From: an uncultured Gemmatimonadales bacterium
Lineage (GTDB): Bacteria > Gemmatimonadota > Gemmatimonadetes > Longimicrobiales > RSA9
Length of the DNA: 64,000 nt
Direction of reading: 5' to 3'
Assembly: GCA_963708135.1 (NCBI GenBank)
Contig: OY970192.1
Location: 2,464,001 to 2,528,000, forward strand
Shown piece after piece: positions 38,114-48,128 of this stretch. Within the stretch, counting starts at the first letter, position 1, and each line of letters opens with the position of its first letter. The notes under the pieces were generated by a model that made no database searches, was not told the origin of the DNA, and worked only from the letters and a program-made list of their open reading frames with translations. The position numbers and the translations under genes are program-made.

Positions 38114-39520
38114 TCAGCCCTGCGGCGCCACCTGGTACTGCTCCAGCTTGCCGTCGGGCATCTGGTACGTCCAGACCCGCAGCGTCCGGTCGGGCAGGAC
38201 CACCCGGAACGAGCGCTCGAGCATGCCGCCGCGCTCCGACTGCCCCGTCTGCACCACCGCCTTCGGCGCGCCGAGCGGCCCCAGGCTGGACTGGAAGTCC
38301 TTCAGCGCCTGCGCGCTGAAGTAGGCGTTGGCGTCCGCCGTGAACAGCGAGCGGTCGATCGTGCCGTGCTGCAGCCCGACGAAGATCTGCTTCGCCTGCT
38401 CCGTGCGCTCGGCCGTCTGCGCGTCCTGCGTGTTGAACAGGATCCGCGAGACGCCCCGCGCGATGGCGCCCGACGCCGGCGCGGCGTCCTGGTTCGTGAG
38501 CACCACCACGGCCGCGCTGTCGTCCGGGAACACCATGTTCTCCGCCGTGAACCCCGACACCTCGCCGCTGTGCGAGATGACGCGATGGCCCGACTGCATT
38601 CCCACCTCGACGCCCAGCCCGTAGCCGGTACCCACGCCGTTCAGGAGCGGCACTTCCGCCTCGAGCTGCTTGTAGGACGCTGGGCTGAGCAGGCTCTGGT
38701 CGATCAGGGAGACGTCCCACTTCGCCAGGTCGGCCGCCGTCATGGCCAGCTCGCCCGCCCCCGCCATCCAGCCGGCCGCCTCCTCCGGCGCCGGGCGCAG
38801 CGGCCCCAGGCCGTAGCGCATGTAGCCGGACGCGTCCGCCGCGGTCATCTTCCCCTTGTCGAAGTCCACCGCGCTGGCGAGGCCCAGCGGGGCGAGGATC
38901 CGCTCGTGCAGGAACTGGAAGAACGGCTCGCCCGTGATCTTCTCCACGATCTGGGCCGCGATCACGAAGTTCGTGTTGCTGTACTGCCAGCGCGTCCCGG
39001 GCGCGAAGTCCAGCGGCCGCTTGGCCCAGCGGTCCAGGATCCCCTGGGGCGGCATCGGCTCGAGCATCATCGGCGGGACGTAGTCCTGTGGCCAGAAGTC
39101 CTGGTAGCCCGAGGTGTGAGAGAGCAGCTCCCGCACCGTCACCTCGTCGGACCGCGTCAACTCCGGCAGCCACTTCGAGACCGGATCGTCCAGCGAGAGC
39201 TTCCCCTCCTGCTGGAGCAGCAGGATCGTCGCGGCCGTGAACTGCTTGCTGATCGAGCCGATCGCATAGCGCATGTTCGGCTTCGCCGCCACGCGCGGGT
39301 CCAGCTTCGCCGCGCCGTAGGCCTGCGCGAACACGACCTTGCCGTGCCGAACCACCGCGACCGACGCGCTCGGCACGCCCGTCGCCTTGAGCACCTGCTG
39401 CGCGACCGCGTCCACCTTCGCGGCGAGCCCATCCCGCCCCGCCCCCGTCTGCGCCGCCGCCGGCGCCGCCCACACCGTCGCGGCGAGCACCACGCCCGCC
39501 AGCCGCTGCCTCGTCCTCAT
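38114..39520 (-). CDS. Serine hydrolase, beta-lactamase/AmpC-like (S12) family, exported
   Basis: GSISK, LLSHTSG, WQYSN, HSG motifs; signal peptide. Confidence 0.9.
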   Translation of the reverse strand: MRTRQRLAGVVLAATVWAAPAAAQTGAGRDGLAAKVDAVAQQVLKATGVPSASVAVVRHGKVVFAQAYGAAKLDPRVAAKPNMRYAIGSISKQFTAATILLLQQEGKLSLDDPVSKWLPELTRSDEVTVRELLSHTSGYQDFWPQDYVPPMMLEPMPPQGILDRWAKRPLDFAPGTRWQYSNTNFVIAAQIVEKITGEPFFQFLHERILAPLGLASAVDFDKGKMTAADASGYMRYGLGPLRPAPEEAAGWMAGAGELAMTAADLAKWDVSLIDQSLLSPASYKQLEAEVPLLNGVGTGYGLGVEVGMQSGHRVISHSGEVSGFTAENMVFPDDSAAVVVLTNQDAAPASGAIARGVSRILFNTQDAQTAERTEQAKQIFVGLQHGTIDRSLFTADANAYFSAQALKDFQSSLGPLGAPKAVVQTGQSERGGMLERSFRVVLPDRTLRVWTYQMPDGKLEQYQVAPQG

Positions 39521-39605
39521 CCGTTTCCTCTTCCGTTCGGGGGCCATCGCCCGCCATCTTGCGCGGGCCAGCGCGGTTCGCCCGACCAGCGCCGGCGAGC
39601 GCGAT

Positions 39606-40265
39606 TCACGCCGCCGCGTCCGGCTTCGTCCAACGCAGCGAGAGCACCCGCGGCGGCGCGTCCGGTGCCGCACCAGCCTCCCGCCACTCGCCCAGGTGGG
39701 CCAGCACCAGCCCGGCCCCGAGGCCCACCTCCACATGCTCGCTCAGCATATGCAGGAACGCCGGGATGCGCACCTCCTCCACGTCCTCGGGCAACGCGAA
39801 ACGGGCCTGCCCGCCCCGCAGCTGGCGGTACGGGTGGTACTCGCAGACGCGCAGCTCGCCGCCCGGCCGCAGCACCCGCGCGCACTCCGTGACGACCGGC
39901 GCGAGCCGCTCCACGTGTTCCAGCACCAGCGTGATCACCACCACGTCCGCGCACGCATCGGCCAGCGGCAGCCCGTCGCGGAGGTCCTGCCGCACCAGCC
40001 CCACGCGCGCTGCGGGCAGGCGCGCCCGCGCGCGCACGAGCATCTCCTCGGAGAAGTCCATGGCGACGACGGCGCCCGCACTCTGCGCGAGCCACGCCGT
40101 GTTTCCGCCCGTGCCGCAGCCCAGCTCGACCACCGTCCCCGCCGCGGGCGACATGGCGCGCAGCGCCTCGGCGGCAAGGTCCCGCGTGCGGTTGGCGGCC
40201 GCGTCGTAGCGTGCGGCCCAACGGTCGTACAGCGCGGCAACGTTGCCTTCCCGGCTCAGCCCCAT
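39606..40265 (-). CDS. Class I SAM-dependent methyltransferase (BioC-like)
   Basis: YDRWAARYD, ELGCGTG, DFSEEML, RVLRPGG, EYHPYRQ. Confidence 0.85.
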   Translation of the reverse strand: MGLSREGNVAALYDRWAARYDAAANRTRDLAAEALRAMSPAAGTVVELGCGTGGNTAWLAQSAGAVVAMDFSEEMLVRARARLPAARVGLVRQDLRDGLPLADACADVVVITLVLEHVERLAPVVTECARVLRPGGELRVCEYHPYRQLRGGQARFALPEDVEEVRIPAFLHMLSEHVEVGLGAGLVLAHLGEWREAGAAPDAPPRVLSLRWTKPDAAA

Positions 40266-40293
40266 TCCGCCCCCGCGCCCGGCACCCGCGCCG

Positions 40294-41184
40294 TCACTGC
40301 GCCGCGAGCCCGAGCTTCTTCCGGACGAACGGCCGCACGAACGCCGATGGAGGGTTGTGCGCCCGCGCCAGCTCGTACGCCTTCCGGTAGAGCGCCGCGG
40401 CCTGCTCCTTCTTCCCCCGCTTCTCGTAGGTCATCGCGAGCAGCGTGAGCATGAACGGGTCCCGCTGGTTGCCCTTCAGCGCGACCGCCTTCTCCAGGTC
40501 CGCCTGCGCGCGCGCCAGGTCGTTCGTGTACAGCGCCACATAGCCCGTGAGGTAGGGGAAGAAGCGCTCCTGCTGGCGCGCAACGGCCGTGTCGGAGTCC
40601 AGCGCCAGCCGCGCCGCGGCGACCTGCTTCGCCGCTTCCGCCCTGTCCCCCCGCCGCGCCGCGATCCGCCCCAGCGCGTGCGCCAGCCGGAAATCCCACA
40701 GCGCCTGCGGGTGCGTCATCGGCGCCGGCTCGCGCATCCCCAGCGCGTACCCGAGACGGTACCACTTCTCCGCGGAGGCCAGGTCCCCGGCGTCGATGCA
40801 CACGCGCGCACCCTCGTCCGCCAGCTCGCCCTCCTGATAGAACGCGTCCTGCGGGGCCGCCGCCTCCCGCGTCTTCCAGTAGTCGATCCCCATCTGCTCG
40901 TACTTCAGCGTGTTCGGACAGTCCCCATCGAACGCGTAGGACATTGCCATCTGCCGCTGCGCCGCCGCCTTCGCCTCCGGGTTGGCGGCGGAGTCGATCG
41001 CAGCCTGGATGATCCTGCGCGCCTCGCTCGTCTTCCCCTCGAGGTCAAGGCGCGCCGCCTCCCGCATGGCCGGCGAGGGCCCGCGTCCCTGCTGCTGCGC
41101 GGCCGCCGGGACCGCCGCCCCCGCCAGCAGCGCCCCCACGCTCATGGAGAGGAGCCGCACGCCGATCGTTCCGGTCGCCATCAT
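40294..41184 (-). CDS. Exported TPR-like helical protein
   Basis: Signal peptide; TPR-like repeats; CAGGAGG RBS. Confidence 0.75.
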   Translation of the reverse strand: MMATGTIGVRLLSMSVGALLAGAAVPAAAQQQGRGPSPAMREAARLDLEGKTSEARRIIQAAIDSAANPEAKAAAQRQMAMSYAFDGDCPNTLKYEQMGIDYWKTREAAAPQDAFYQEGELADEGARVCIDAGDLASAEKWYRLGYALGMREPAPMTHPQALWDFRLAHALGRIAARRGDRAEAAKQVAAARLALDSDTAVARQQERFFPYLTGYVALYTNDLARAQADLEKAVALKGNQRDPFMLTLLAMTYEKRGKKEQAAALYRKAYELARAHNPPSAFVRPFVRKKLGLAAQ

Positions 41185-41376
41185 CGCCTCCTGTTGAGGT
41201 CACCGCCCTGCCACTTGTCGTTCTCCTCCCAGTCCCCTCTTCGAGCCCCCGGATCTCCGTCTCCATCCCACGCCTCCCGCGCGCCACGCCCACCCCCACC
41301 GCCGGAACCCGCGCCCTCTCCGCCGTGTTCGATTCTTGCTGCAGAAGCGAGCCCCCGGACCTTGGAGTCCATTTCG

Positions 41377-42870
41377 ATGACCAGCCAGCGCCCCTTCCGT
41401 AGCGCCCTCTCCCGCACCTTCGCCGTGTGCGTGGTCTGCCTCGGCGCGGCGCTGCCCCGCTGCCGGGAGGCGCCGGGCGACACGGGAACCGCGCCGCCGG
41501 ACGCGCCCGGCGACTCCACCGCCGGCCAGCCGGCCGCGCTCACGCCCCAGGACTGGCCCGGCTTCGGCCGCGATCCCGGCCGAACGAGCGTCGTCACCGG
41601 CACCGGGATCGCCGCGAGCGGCCTGGCCTCGCTCGAGAAGCAGACCGTCCAGCTCGACGGCACCGTGGATTCCTCGCCGATCTACCTGCACGGCGTCAGC
41701 GTGGGCGGCGCGTCCCGCGACGTCTTCTTCGTCACCACCACCTACGGTAAGACGCTCGCCATCGACGCCGACTCCGGGACCGTCCTGTGGCGCTTCACCC
41801 CTCCCGGCTACGACGGCTGGGCCGGCTCCTACCGCATCACGACCGCGACGCCGGTGGCCGATCCCGGCCGAGACTTCATCTACGCCGCCGCCCCGGATGG
41901 CGTGATCCGCAAGCTCGCGGTGGCGGACGGCCACGTCGCCTGGAGCACGCCGATCACCACCCTGCCGGCCCGCGAGAAGATCGCCGCCCCCCTGAACTTC
42001 TATCACGGCCGCGTGATCGCGACAACAGGCGGCTACATCGGAGACGCGCCGCCATACCAGGGGCACGTCGCCGTGCTCGACGCCGCGAGCGGCGGGCTGC
42101 TGCACGTCTGGAACGCCCTCTGTAGCGAGCGGGCCGCTCTCCTCGATCCCTCCTCCTGCCCCGAGAGCGGCGCCGCAATCTGGGGACGCGCCGGCGCCGT
42201 CGTCGATACGGTCACGGGGGACCTCTTCGTCGCTACCGGGGACGGCCACTGGAACGGCAACACCGACTGGGGCGACGCCGTGCTCGAGCTCGATCCGGAT
42301 GCCACGAGGCTGTTCGGCAACTACACCCCCTCGAACACGGAGGAGCTCGACGCCTCCGACCGCGACGTCGGCTCGACCTCGCCCGTCCTGCTCGGCGGCG
42401 GCCTCGTGGCGCAGGGCGGCAAGGACCAGGTCATCCGGCTGCTCGACTGGAGCGCCATGCGCACCGCGGGGCCGCACCGCGGCGGCGAGCTCCAGAGCGT
42501 GCCGACCCCTTCCGGAGCCCGCCTCTTCACCGCCCCCGCGGTCTGGCGGAACGCTGGCGAGACCTGGCTGTTCGCGGCGGACGGCGGCGGCACCGCCGCG
42601 TGGGTCGTCGGCGGGCGGCGCCTGGAGCAGAGGTGGAAGAACGGCGATGCCGGCACGAGCCCCGTCGTCGCCGACGGCCTGCTCTACGTCTACGATCCCG
42701 GCGGCAACGGACTGCGCGTCTACGACGCCGCGAGGGGCCGCCGCGTCGCGACGCTCGACGCCGGCTCCGGCCACTGGAACAGCCCCATCATCGTGGACGG
42801 CCGGATCGCGCTTGCCGAGGGCAGCGCGAACCACCACGACCAGCGCGGCGTGCTGGACATCTGGAGGTAG
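41377..42870 (+). CDS. PQQ-binding-like beta-propeller protein, exported
   Basis: DWPGFGRD, AIDADSGTVLW, AIWG, DVGSTSPV, SPVVADGLLY repeats. Confidence 0.8.
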   Translation: MTSQRPFRSALSRTFAVCVVCLGAALPRCREAPGDTGTAPPDAPGDSTAGQPAALTPQDWPGFGRDPGRTSVVTGTGIAASGLASLEKQTVQLDGTVDSSPIYLHGVSVGGASRDVFFVTTTYGKTLAIDADSGTVLWRFTPPGYDGWAGSYRITTATPVADPGRDFIYAAAPDGVIRKLAVADGHVAWSTPITTLPAREKIAAPLNFYHGRVIATTGGYIGDAPPYQGHVAVLDAASGGLLHVWNALCSERAALLDPSSCPESGAAIWGRAGAVVDTVTGDLFVATGDGHWNGNTDWGDAVLELDPDATRLFGNYTPSNTEELDASDRDVGSTSPVLLGGGLVAQGGKDQVIRLLDWSAMRTAGPHRGGELQSVPTPSGARLFTAPAVWRNAGETWLFAADGGGTAAWVVGGRRLEQRWKNGDAGTSPVVADGLLYVYDPGGNGLRVYDAARGRRVATLDAGSGHWNSPIIVDGRIALAEGSANHHDQRGVLDIWR

Positions 42871-42922
42871 GCGAGCCGCCCCGCCTGCTCACTCGCGTGC
42901 GCGGGCTACGCGCGCCCGAGCC

Positions 42923-44518
42923 TCACCGCAGGGATGCCGCGCCCCAGTGGTTCAGCCCCATCGCCGTCCAGCGGGCCAGGTGCGTGGACAGGCGGGCGCG
43001 GAAGCTCTCGAAGTCCCGCCGCTCCGGGGCGCTCCAGCCCACCTCCGCCACGGCCGGCATGCGCGGCAGCGCCATGTACTCGAAGTCCGCCAGCGTGCCG
43101 AGCGTCTCCGACCAGAGCGGCGCCTCCACGCCCAGGACCGAGCTCTCCGGCACGCCGGGGAGCGGCTCGGCGGGCACCCAGTCGTAGACCTTCCGCAGGT
43201 CGAGGTGCCCGGCCCAGGACAGCCCAAGCACGGTGGCGCTGTCGTACTTCATGTCGAGATACGCATGGGCGGAGCGCGACAGGATGATCTTCGAGCCGCG
43301 CGCCACGGCCGCGCGGCTCGAGTCCGGGATCCAGCTCTGCACGATCACCGACGGCGGCAGGTCCAGCGACGCGATCTCGCTCCACCCGATCATCCGCTTC
43401 CCGTTGTCATGCACGATCCGCTGCACCCGCTGGACGAAGCCCTCGTACTGGGCACGCGTGAGCCCCTGCACCTCGTCGCCGCCGATGTGGAAGTACGGTC
43501 CGGGGGTGATGCGCGCGATGTCGCGGACCACGTCGTTCACGAACCGGTACGTCACGTCCTTGTCCACGCACAGCACGCCGGGCGCGCCGCCGATCCCGAA
43601 GAAGTGGGGCGGCGCCTTGCCATCGCACGCGAGCTGCCCGTACGAGCTGAGCGCCGCCGTAATGTGGCCGGGCATGTCGATCTCCGGCACGACCGTGATG
43701 TAGCGATCCCGTGCGTAGCGGACGAGCTCCTTCCACTGCGCGTCCGTGTAGAAGCCGCCCTCCGCGCCGCCGACCTCGTAGAGCCCGCCCCAGCGGGCGA
43801 GGTTCGGCCAGGACGGAATCTCGATCCGCCACCCCTGGTTGTCCGACAGGTGCAGGTGCAGCCGGTTCATCTTGTAGAGCGCCATCACATCCATGAACCG
43901 CTCGACATCCCCGACCGGCAGGAAATGGCGCGCCACATCCAGCATGATCCCCCGCCACTCGAAGCGGGGCACGTCCGTGATCCGTCCCGCCGGCACCTTC
44001 ATCGGGCGCGGCCGCGCGGCCGTGTACTCCACGCGCGCCGGCAGGAGCTGCCGCAGCGTCTGGACGCCGTGGAAGAGTCCCGCCGGCCGCCGCGCCACGA
44101 TGCGCACGCCCGCCGTGTCCACCGCCAGCGTGTACCCTTCCTCGCCCAGGCTCGCCGCGGCCGTGTCCAGCACCAGCGCGATCGCGTGCGGCGGCACCGT
44201 GTCCGGCGCCATGAGCACCCGCGGCGTGGACTCCTTCGTCGTCCCGATCAGCCGCGCCAGCACCCGCCCGATCCTCGCCGCCTCCGCCTGCCCCCTTCCG
44301 ACCACGATGGCCGTGGCCGTGTCCACCGTGAAGCTGTCCCCCGGCACCATCTTCACCGAGAGCGGCATCGGCACCACGTCCACCGCCGGCGGAAGCTCCG
44401 CCGCCGGAACCGCCGGCATCCGGGCGGGCGCCGGCCGCGGCGTGCCGGCGCCCGGGGCGCAGCCGGCGAGCGCCACGAGCGCGAGAAGTGTCCCTGCGCG
44501 CGCGCGCCCTACATCCAC
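42923..44518 (-). CDS. GH20 beta-N-acetylhexosaminidase, lipoprotein
   Basis: RGIMLDVARHF, HLHLSDNQGWR, PEIDMPGH, HIGGDE, LWSE; LAGC lipobox. Confidence 0.93.
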   Translation of the reverse strand: MDVGRARAGTLLALVALAGCAPGAGTPRPAPARMPAVPAAELPPAVDVVPMPLSVKMVPGDSFTVDTATAIVVGRGQAEAARIGRVLARLIGTTKESTPRVLMAPDTVPPHAIALVLDTAAASLGEEGYTLAVDTAGVRIVARRPAGLFHGVQTLRQLLPARVEYTAARPRPMKVPAGRITDVPRFEWRGIMLDVARHFLPVGDVERFMDVMALYKMNRLHLHLSDNQGWRIEIPSWPNLARWGGLYEVGGAEGGFYTDAQWKELVRYARDRYITVVPEIDMPGHITAALSSYGQLACDGKAPPHFFGIGGAPGVLCVDKDVTYRFVNDVVRDIARITPGPYFHIGGDEVQGLTRAQYEGFVQRVQRIVHDNGKRMIGWSEIASLDLPPSVIVQSWIPDSSRAAVARGSKIILSRSAHAYLDMKYDSATVLGLSWAGHLDLRKVYDWVPAEPLPGVPESSVLGVEAPLWSETLGTLADFEYMALPRMPAVAEVGWSAPERRDFESFRARLSTHLARWTAMGLNHWGAASLR

Positions 44519-45042
44519 GGCTCGTCAGCCGTCGGGCCGTAGATCGAGGGAACGCGGCCGTCCGCCATGCGCAAGTAGATCGAGAACTGGCCGCGGTGGT
44601 GGATCTCGTCGGCGAGCATGATCTGGAGGAAGCCGAGGCGCGGAACCCGGATCGGCTTGTCCTTGCCGGCCAGGAACGGCACGGTCTCGAGGAACCAGGC
44701 GTCGTCGGCGCCGCTCAGCATCGCCATGAACCCCTGGTACGCCTGCTCGACGTTCACGAGCAGCTCGTCCCACGACTCGGGCGGCAGCGGCGGCTCCATC
44801 GGCGCCTGCTGCCCGAACTGGCCGCTCACCACCATCGTCGCGAACGCGCGCTCCATCGCGAACATCCACGCCAGCTCGCGCGCGTTCTTGCACTTGGCGT
44901 GCGGCCGCAGCTCCAGCTTGTCCGTTGGATAGGCGCGCAGCACGCGCATCGTCGTCTCGTGCTCCCGGGCGTAGGAATCCAGCAGCTGCTGCTTCGGGCT
45001 GGGCAGCGTCACCGTCTGGCCGACCTGCGGTGAGCTCGACAT
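44509..45042 (-). CDS. DinB family protein
   Basis: DEIHHRGQFSIYLRMADGRVPSIYGPTADE. Confidence 0.88.
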   Translation of the reverse strand: MSSSPQVGQTVTLPSPKQQLLDSYAREHETTMRVLRAYPTDKLELRPHAKCKNARELAWMFAMERAFATMVVSGQFGQQAPMEPPLPPESWDELLVNVEQAYQGFMAMLSGADDAWFLETVPFLAGKDKPIRVPRLGFLQIMLADEIHHRGQFSIYLRMADGRVPSIYGPTADEPWM

Positions 45043-45144
45043 CGGACCTCCGAGGGTTGGGGAAACACGATCGGGAGAAGAGGAGGATGGAAGGCGACGG
45101 CCGCCGGCGCAACACCACGAGTGCCGGCGCGGATACGGGCCACT

Positions 45145-45840
45145 CTAGCCGGCCGGCCCGGCCGCGAGGACGTCCGTGAAGCAGAAGCCGTCGCGCGTCA
45201 GCGTCTCCCCCACGTGCACCTCGAGCGGCCCGGCGAACATCGGCCCCGCGGAGCAGAAGGTGTGGAACTCGCCCCGCTCACCGCACGGGTCCACCCCCGC
45301 CGGCAGCTCGGCCAGGAATGTCTCGTCCCAGGTCCGCCCCGCGAAGCTCGCCGACAGCTGCGCCGGATCGACGCACGTGAGCACCGCGCGGAGCCCGGCC
45401 CCGAGCAGCCGCCGCGCCAGCGCCGGCGTCGCCTCCGGCGAGCACCAGACCGGGAACAGCGGCTCGATCCCCGTCCCCTCCATCATCCGCGCGCGGTACG
45501 CGCGCACATCCTCCAGGTACAGGTCGCCGAAGGCCACGTGCGTGACCGCCGCGGTGCGCGCCCGCTCGACCGCCGCCCGCATCCGCCGCTCGTACTCCGC
45601 GTTGGGACACGGGTACGGCAGCATCACCGGCCACAGCGCGAGCCCCGCCGCGGCGGCCTGTGCCTCCACGAGCGAGCGGCGCACCGAGTGCATGGCCACG
45701 CGGTCCGCCGCCTCGTTGAAGCTCGTGAGCAGCCCCACCACCTCCACGTCCGGCTGGCCGCGCAGGACGTGGAGCGCCCAGGCGCTGTCCTTGCCCGAGC
45801 TCCAGGAGAGAAGGACGCGTTTCGCGCCGGCCCCGCTCAC
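45145..45840 (-). CDS. DUF71/Dph6-like (MJ0570-type) PP-loop ATP-binding protein
   Basis: SWSSGKDS, AFGD, PLFPVW, DPCGERGEFHTF; GTG start overlaps the upstream stop (GTGA). Confidence 0.9.
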   Translation of the reverse strand: MSGAGAKRVLLSWSSGKDSAWALHVLRGQPDVEVVGLLTSFNEAADRVAMHSVRRSLVEAQAAAAGLALWPVMLPYPCPNAEYERRMRAAVERARTAAVTHVAFGDLYLEDVRAYRARMMEGTGIEPLFPVWCSPEATPALARRLLGAGLRAVLTCVDPAQLSASFAGRTWDETFLAELPAGVDPCGERGEFHTFCSAGPMFAGPLEVHVGETLTRDGFCFTDVLAAGPAG

Positions 45841-47468
45841 CTGCGGGCTCCGCGACGCCGCGCGCGCCCCGGCCGCAGCTTCCCGTCCTCCTCCGCCGCC
45901 TCGCCCCAACGCTCGAGGAACGTGGTGATGAACGCATGCAGCGCCCCCGGCGGGGCCGCCAGCGGCGCGAGCGCCATGGCCGCCGTGAGCGCGATGTGGT
46001 AGCCCTCCGCCCTCGAGCCCGCGAGGCGGCGCCACGCGGGATGAGCGTCGTTCACCCACACGGTCGACTCGACGAGCCGCCCGAGCTCCGGCAGGTCGGG
46101 GCGCGACTCGAAGCGGATCTCGAGTCCATACCGGCCCGGGCGCTTGTGGCCGCCCCGTCCGGGCAGCTCGCCCAGCGTGGCGGCTGGCGGCCCGGCCGGC
46201 TCCTCGCCAGGCGACGTCGCCGCCTGCGGCTCCGCTGCCCCCGGCTCGCCCTCCGGCGCGGATGGCTCCGGGCCCGCACCGCCGCCACCCGGCCGGTCGG
46301 CTTCGGCTCGGCCCTGCAGTGCGGCCGCCGCCGACCATTCCGCGCCCGTCTCGCGCACGCCGCCGAACGGGATCCGACGCTGACCGCCCGGGCGCCGGTC
46401 CACCAGCGTGGCGAGCAGGGGGAAGTCGTCCGCCAGATCGATCAGGATGTGCTCCAGGTCCCGCTCGATGGGCCGTGTCCGGGGGCGGCGGGCGGGCGGC
46501 GGCTCCGCCCCGTCACCCCATGCCGCGAGCTGGTCGCTCACGGCCTGCTGTACTGCCTTCCGGTAGGCAAGGTAGGTGGCGCCGCGCGTGCCGGTTCGGA
46601 CGAAATCCGCCTTGTTCAGCGTCAGCGCCTCCGACAGCGCCGGCGCCTCCACCAGCCCGGTGATCCGGTCCGCCGCCACCGGGGCGATCCCCAGCCAGTC
46701 CCACCCCCGCAGGATCATCTTGCCGAGCGTGCTCACCGCCACGCCCCGCCGGTCCTCGGGCAGCGCCTCGTCCGCGCGCGCGAGCCACCCCACCGCCGAC
46801 GGCTTCCGCTTTCGCGGCATGCGCACGACGAGCGGGGCGTGGCCCGCGGCCGCCGCGTCGCCCTCCCTGCGTTCTAGCGGCCGCCCGTTCAGGAAGAACC
46901 GGATTCCCACCGGATAGGCGTCCTCGAGCACGCCGTCGAACGCGGCGTCGAAGAGCGGAGCGAAGTGCGCCCGCAGCGTCGCTTCGAGCCAGCGCTCGTC
47001 GAGCAGCTCCGAAAGCGGGTTCTCCAGCCGGAGGCGCACCGCGGTACCGCTCTTCCCCGCTACCAGCCCCGGCGCGTCGACGTACCGCCACGGCGCCTTG
47101 TGGCGGGAGGACAGGTGCCAGACCGTGGCGTACGCCCGCCCCGCCCGCCGTGTTTCCGTGATCACCTCCTCGCACGCCAGCAGCGCCAGCTTGATGCCCA
47201 CGCCCGCGAAGCCGATCCCGCGCCCACGCCGCTTGCTCGTCGCCGCCAGATCGTGGTAGCGCCGCAGCTGCGCCCGCGTCATGCCCCCGCCGTCGTCGAC
47301 GATCGCGAGCGTGGCCGCGGCCGGATCCGCACGAAACGCCACGTGCCCGGCCCCCGAATCCAGCGAGTTCGCCACCGTCTCCGCCACGATGGTCGCCGGC
47401 AGCGAGCCCGGGTAGGCGTCGCGCAGGTCCTCGAGCAGATGCAGCAGGTTGACTCGTGTCTGGCCCAT
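45837..47468 (-). CDS. GHKL ATPase, prokaryotic MORC/Hsp90-like
   Basis: ETVANSLD, DDGGGM, SK..GIGFAGVGIK, GTAV; S5-like LTLNKADF; C-terminal VNDAHP. Confidence 0.85.
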   Translation of the reverse strand: MGQTRVNLLHLLEDLRDAYPGSLPATIVAETVANSLDSGAGHVAFRADPAAATLAIVDDGGGMTRAQLRRYHDLAATSKRRGRGIGFAGVGIKLALLACEEVITETRRAGRAYATVWHLSSRHKAPWRYVDAPGLVAGKSGTAVRLRLENPLSELLDERWLEATLRAHFAPLFDAAFDGVLEDAYPVGIRFFLNGRPLERREGDAAAAGHAPLVVRMPRKRKPSAVGWLARADEALPEDRRGVAVSTLGKMILRGWDWLGIAPVAADRITGLVEAPALSEALTLNKADFVRTGTRGATYLAYRKAVQQAVSDQLAAWGDGAEPPPARRPRTRPIERDLEHILIDLADDFPLLATLVDRRPGGQRRIPFGGVRETGAEWSAAAALQGRAEADRPGGGGAGPEPSAPEGEPGAAEPQAATSPGEEPAGPPAATLGELPGRGGHKRPGRYGLEIRFESRPDLPELGRLVESTVWVNDAHPAWRRLAGSRAEGYHIALTAAMALAPLAAPPGALHAFITTFLERWGEAAEEDGKLRPGRARRRGARR

Positions 47469-47513
47469 CCGGCGGGCTCCGGCCATGTGTTCGGGGGACG
47501 GTCGGAATTGAAT

Positions 47514-48128
47514 CTAGGGCGACACGCCGGACCGTGCGAGCCCACCCCCGGCGTCGCCCGGCTCGGGCAACGCGCCCGTGTGGTGCCGGGTGTGCTCGAT
47601 CGCTACGCGGTAGTGTTCCTCCAGCGTCAGCGCGCCGAAGAACGGGTGTCGCACGTGCCGCCCCGAATTCTGCGACGCCGCGGTCAGCCACTCGGCCTCG
47701 TAGGAGGCGACGCCCTGGCGGAGCGCCGCCAGCACCTCCTCCTTCTCTCCCGGCTCTTCCGGCGGCACGGCGGAGCGCGGCGATCGTCCACCCGCCGGGA
47801 ACCAGCCGCCCGCCCGGATCCGCGGCAGCGCGCTCTCGCGGATCCCGGGGATCCGCTCCGCGAACGTCTCCGGCGTCACGTCCGGCCCGTCCCGCAGCTC
47901 CCCCGCGAACCCGGCGTAGGCCAGGGCGAGGTGGCGCACCTCCTGCCCCGCCGACCACTTCCCCGGCGCGCGCGGCCTGCGCCACGCCTCCGGCCCGAGC
48001 CCCTCCGCCCGCCGCAGCAGCTCGGCCACCACGGCCGCGTGCTCCTCGCGCGGGCTCGGTCTGCGCCCCGCCCACACCGGCTCGTCGCCGGTCGGCAAAG
48101 CCTCCCGGTTCCGCTCCTCGTCGCTCAC
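47514..48128 (-). CDS. DinB-like (DinB_2) protein
   Basis: PGKWSAGQEVRHL...HPFFGALT...EHTRHH. Confidence 0.8.
   Translation of the reverse strand: MSDEERNREALPTGDEPVWAGRRPSPREEHAAVVAELLRRAEGLGPEAWRRPRAPGKWSAGQEVRHLALAYAGFAGELRDGPDVTPETFAERIPGIRESALPRIRAGGWFPAGGRSPRSAVPPEEPGEKEEVLAALRQGVASYEAEWLTAASQNSGRHVRHPFFGALTLEEHYRVAIEHTRHHTGALPEPGDAGGGLARSGVSP

Noticed and set aside
38114..39520. True AmpC resistance gene
   Set aside because: HSG in place of KTG and an extra C-terminal domain point to a generic S12 hydrolase.
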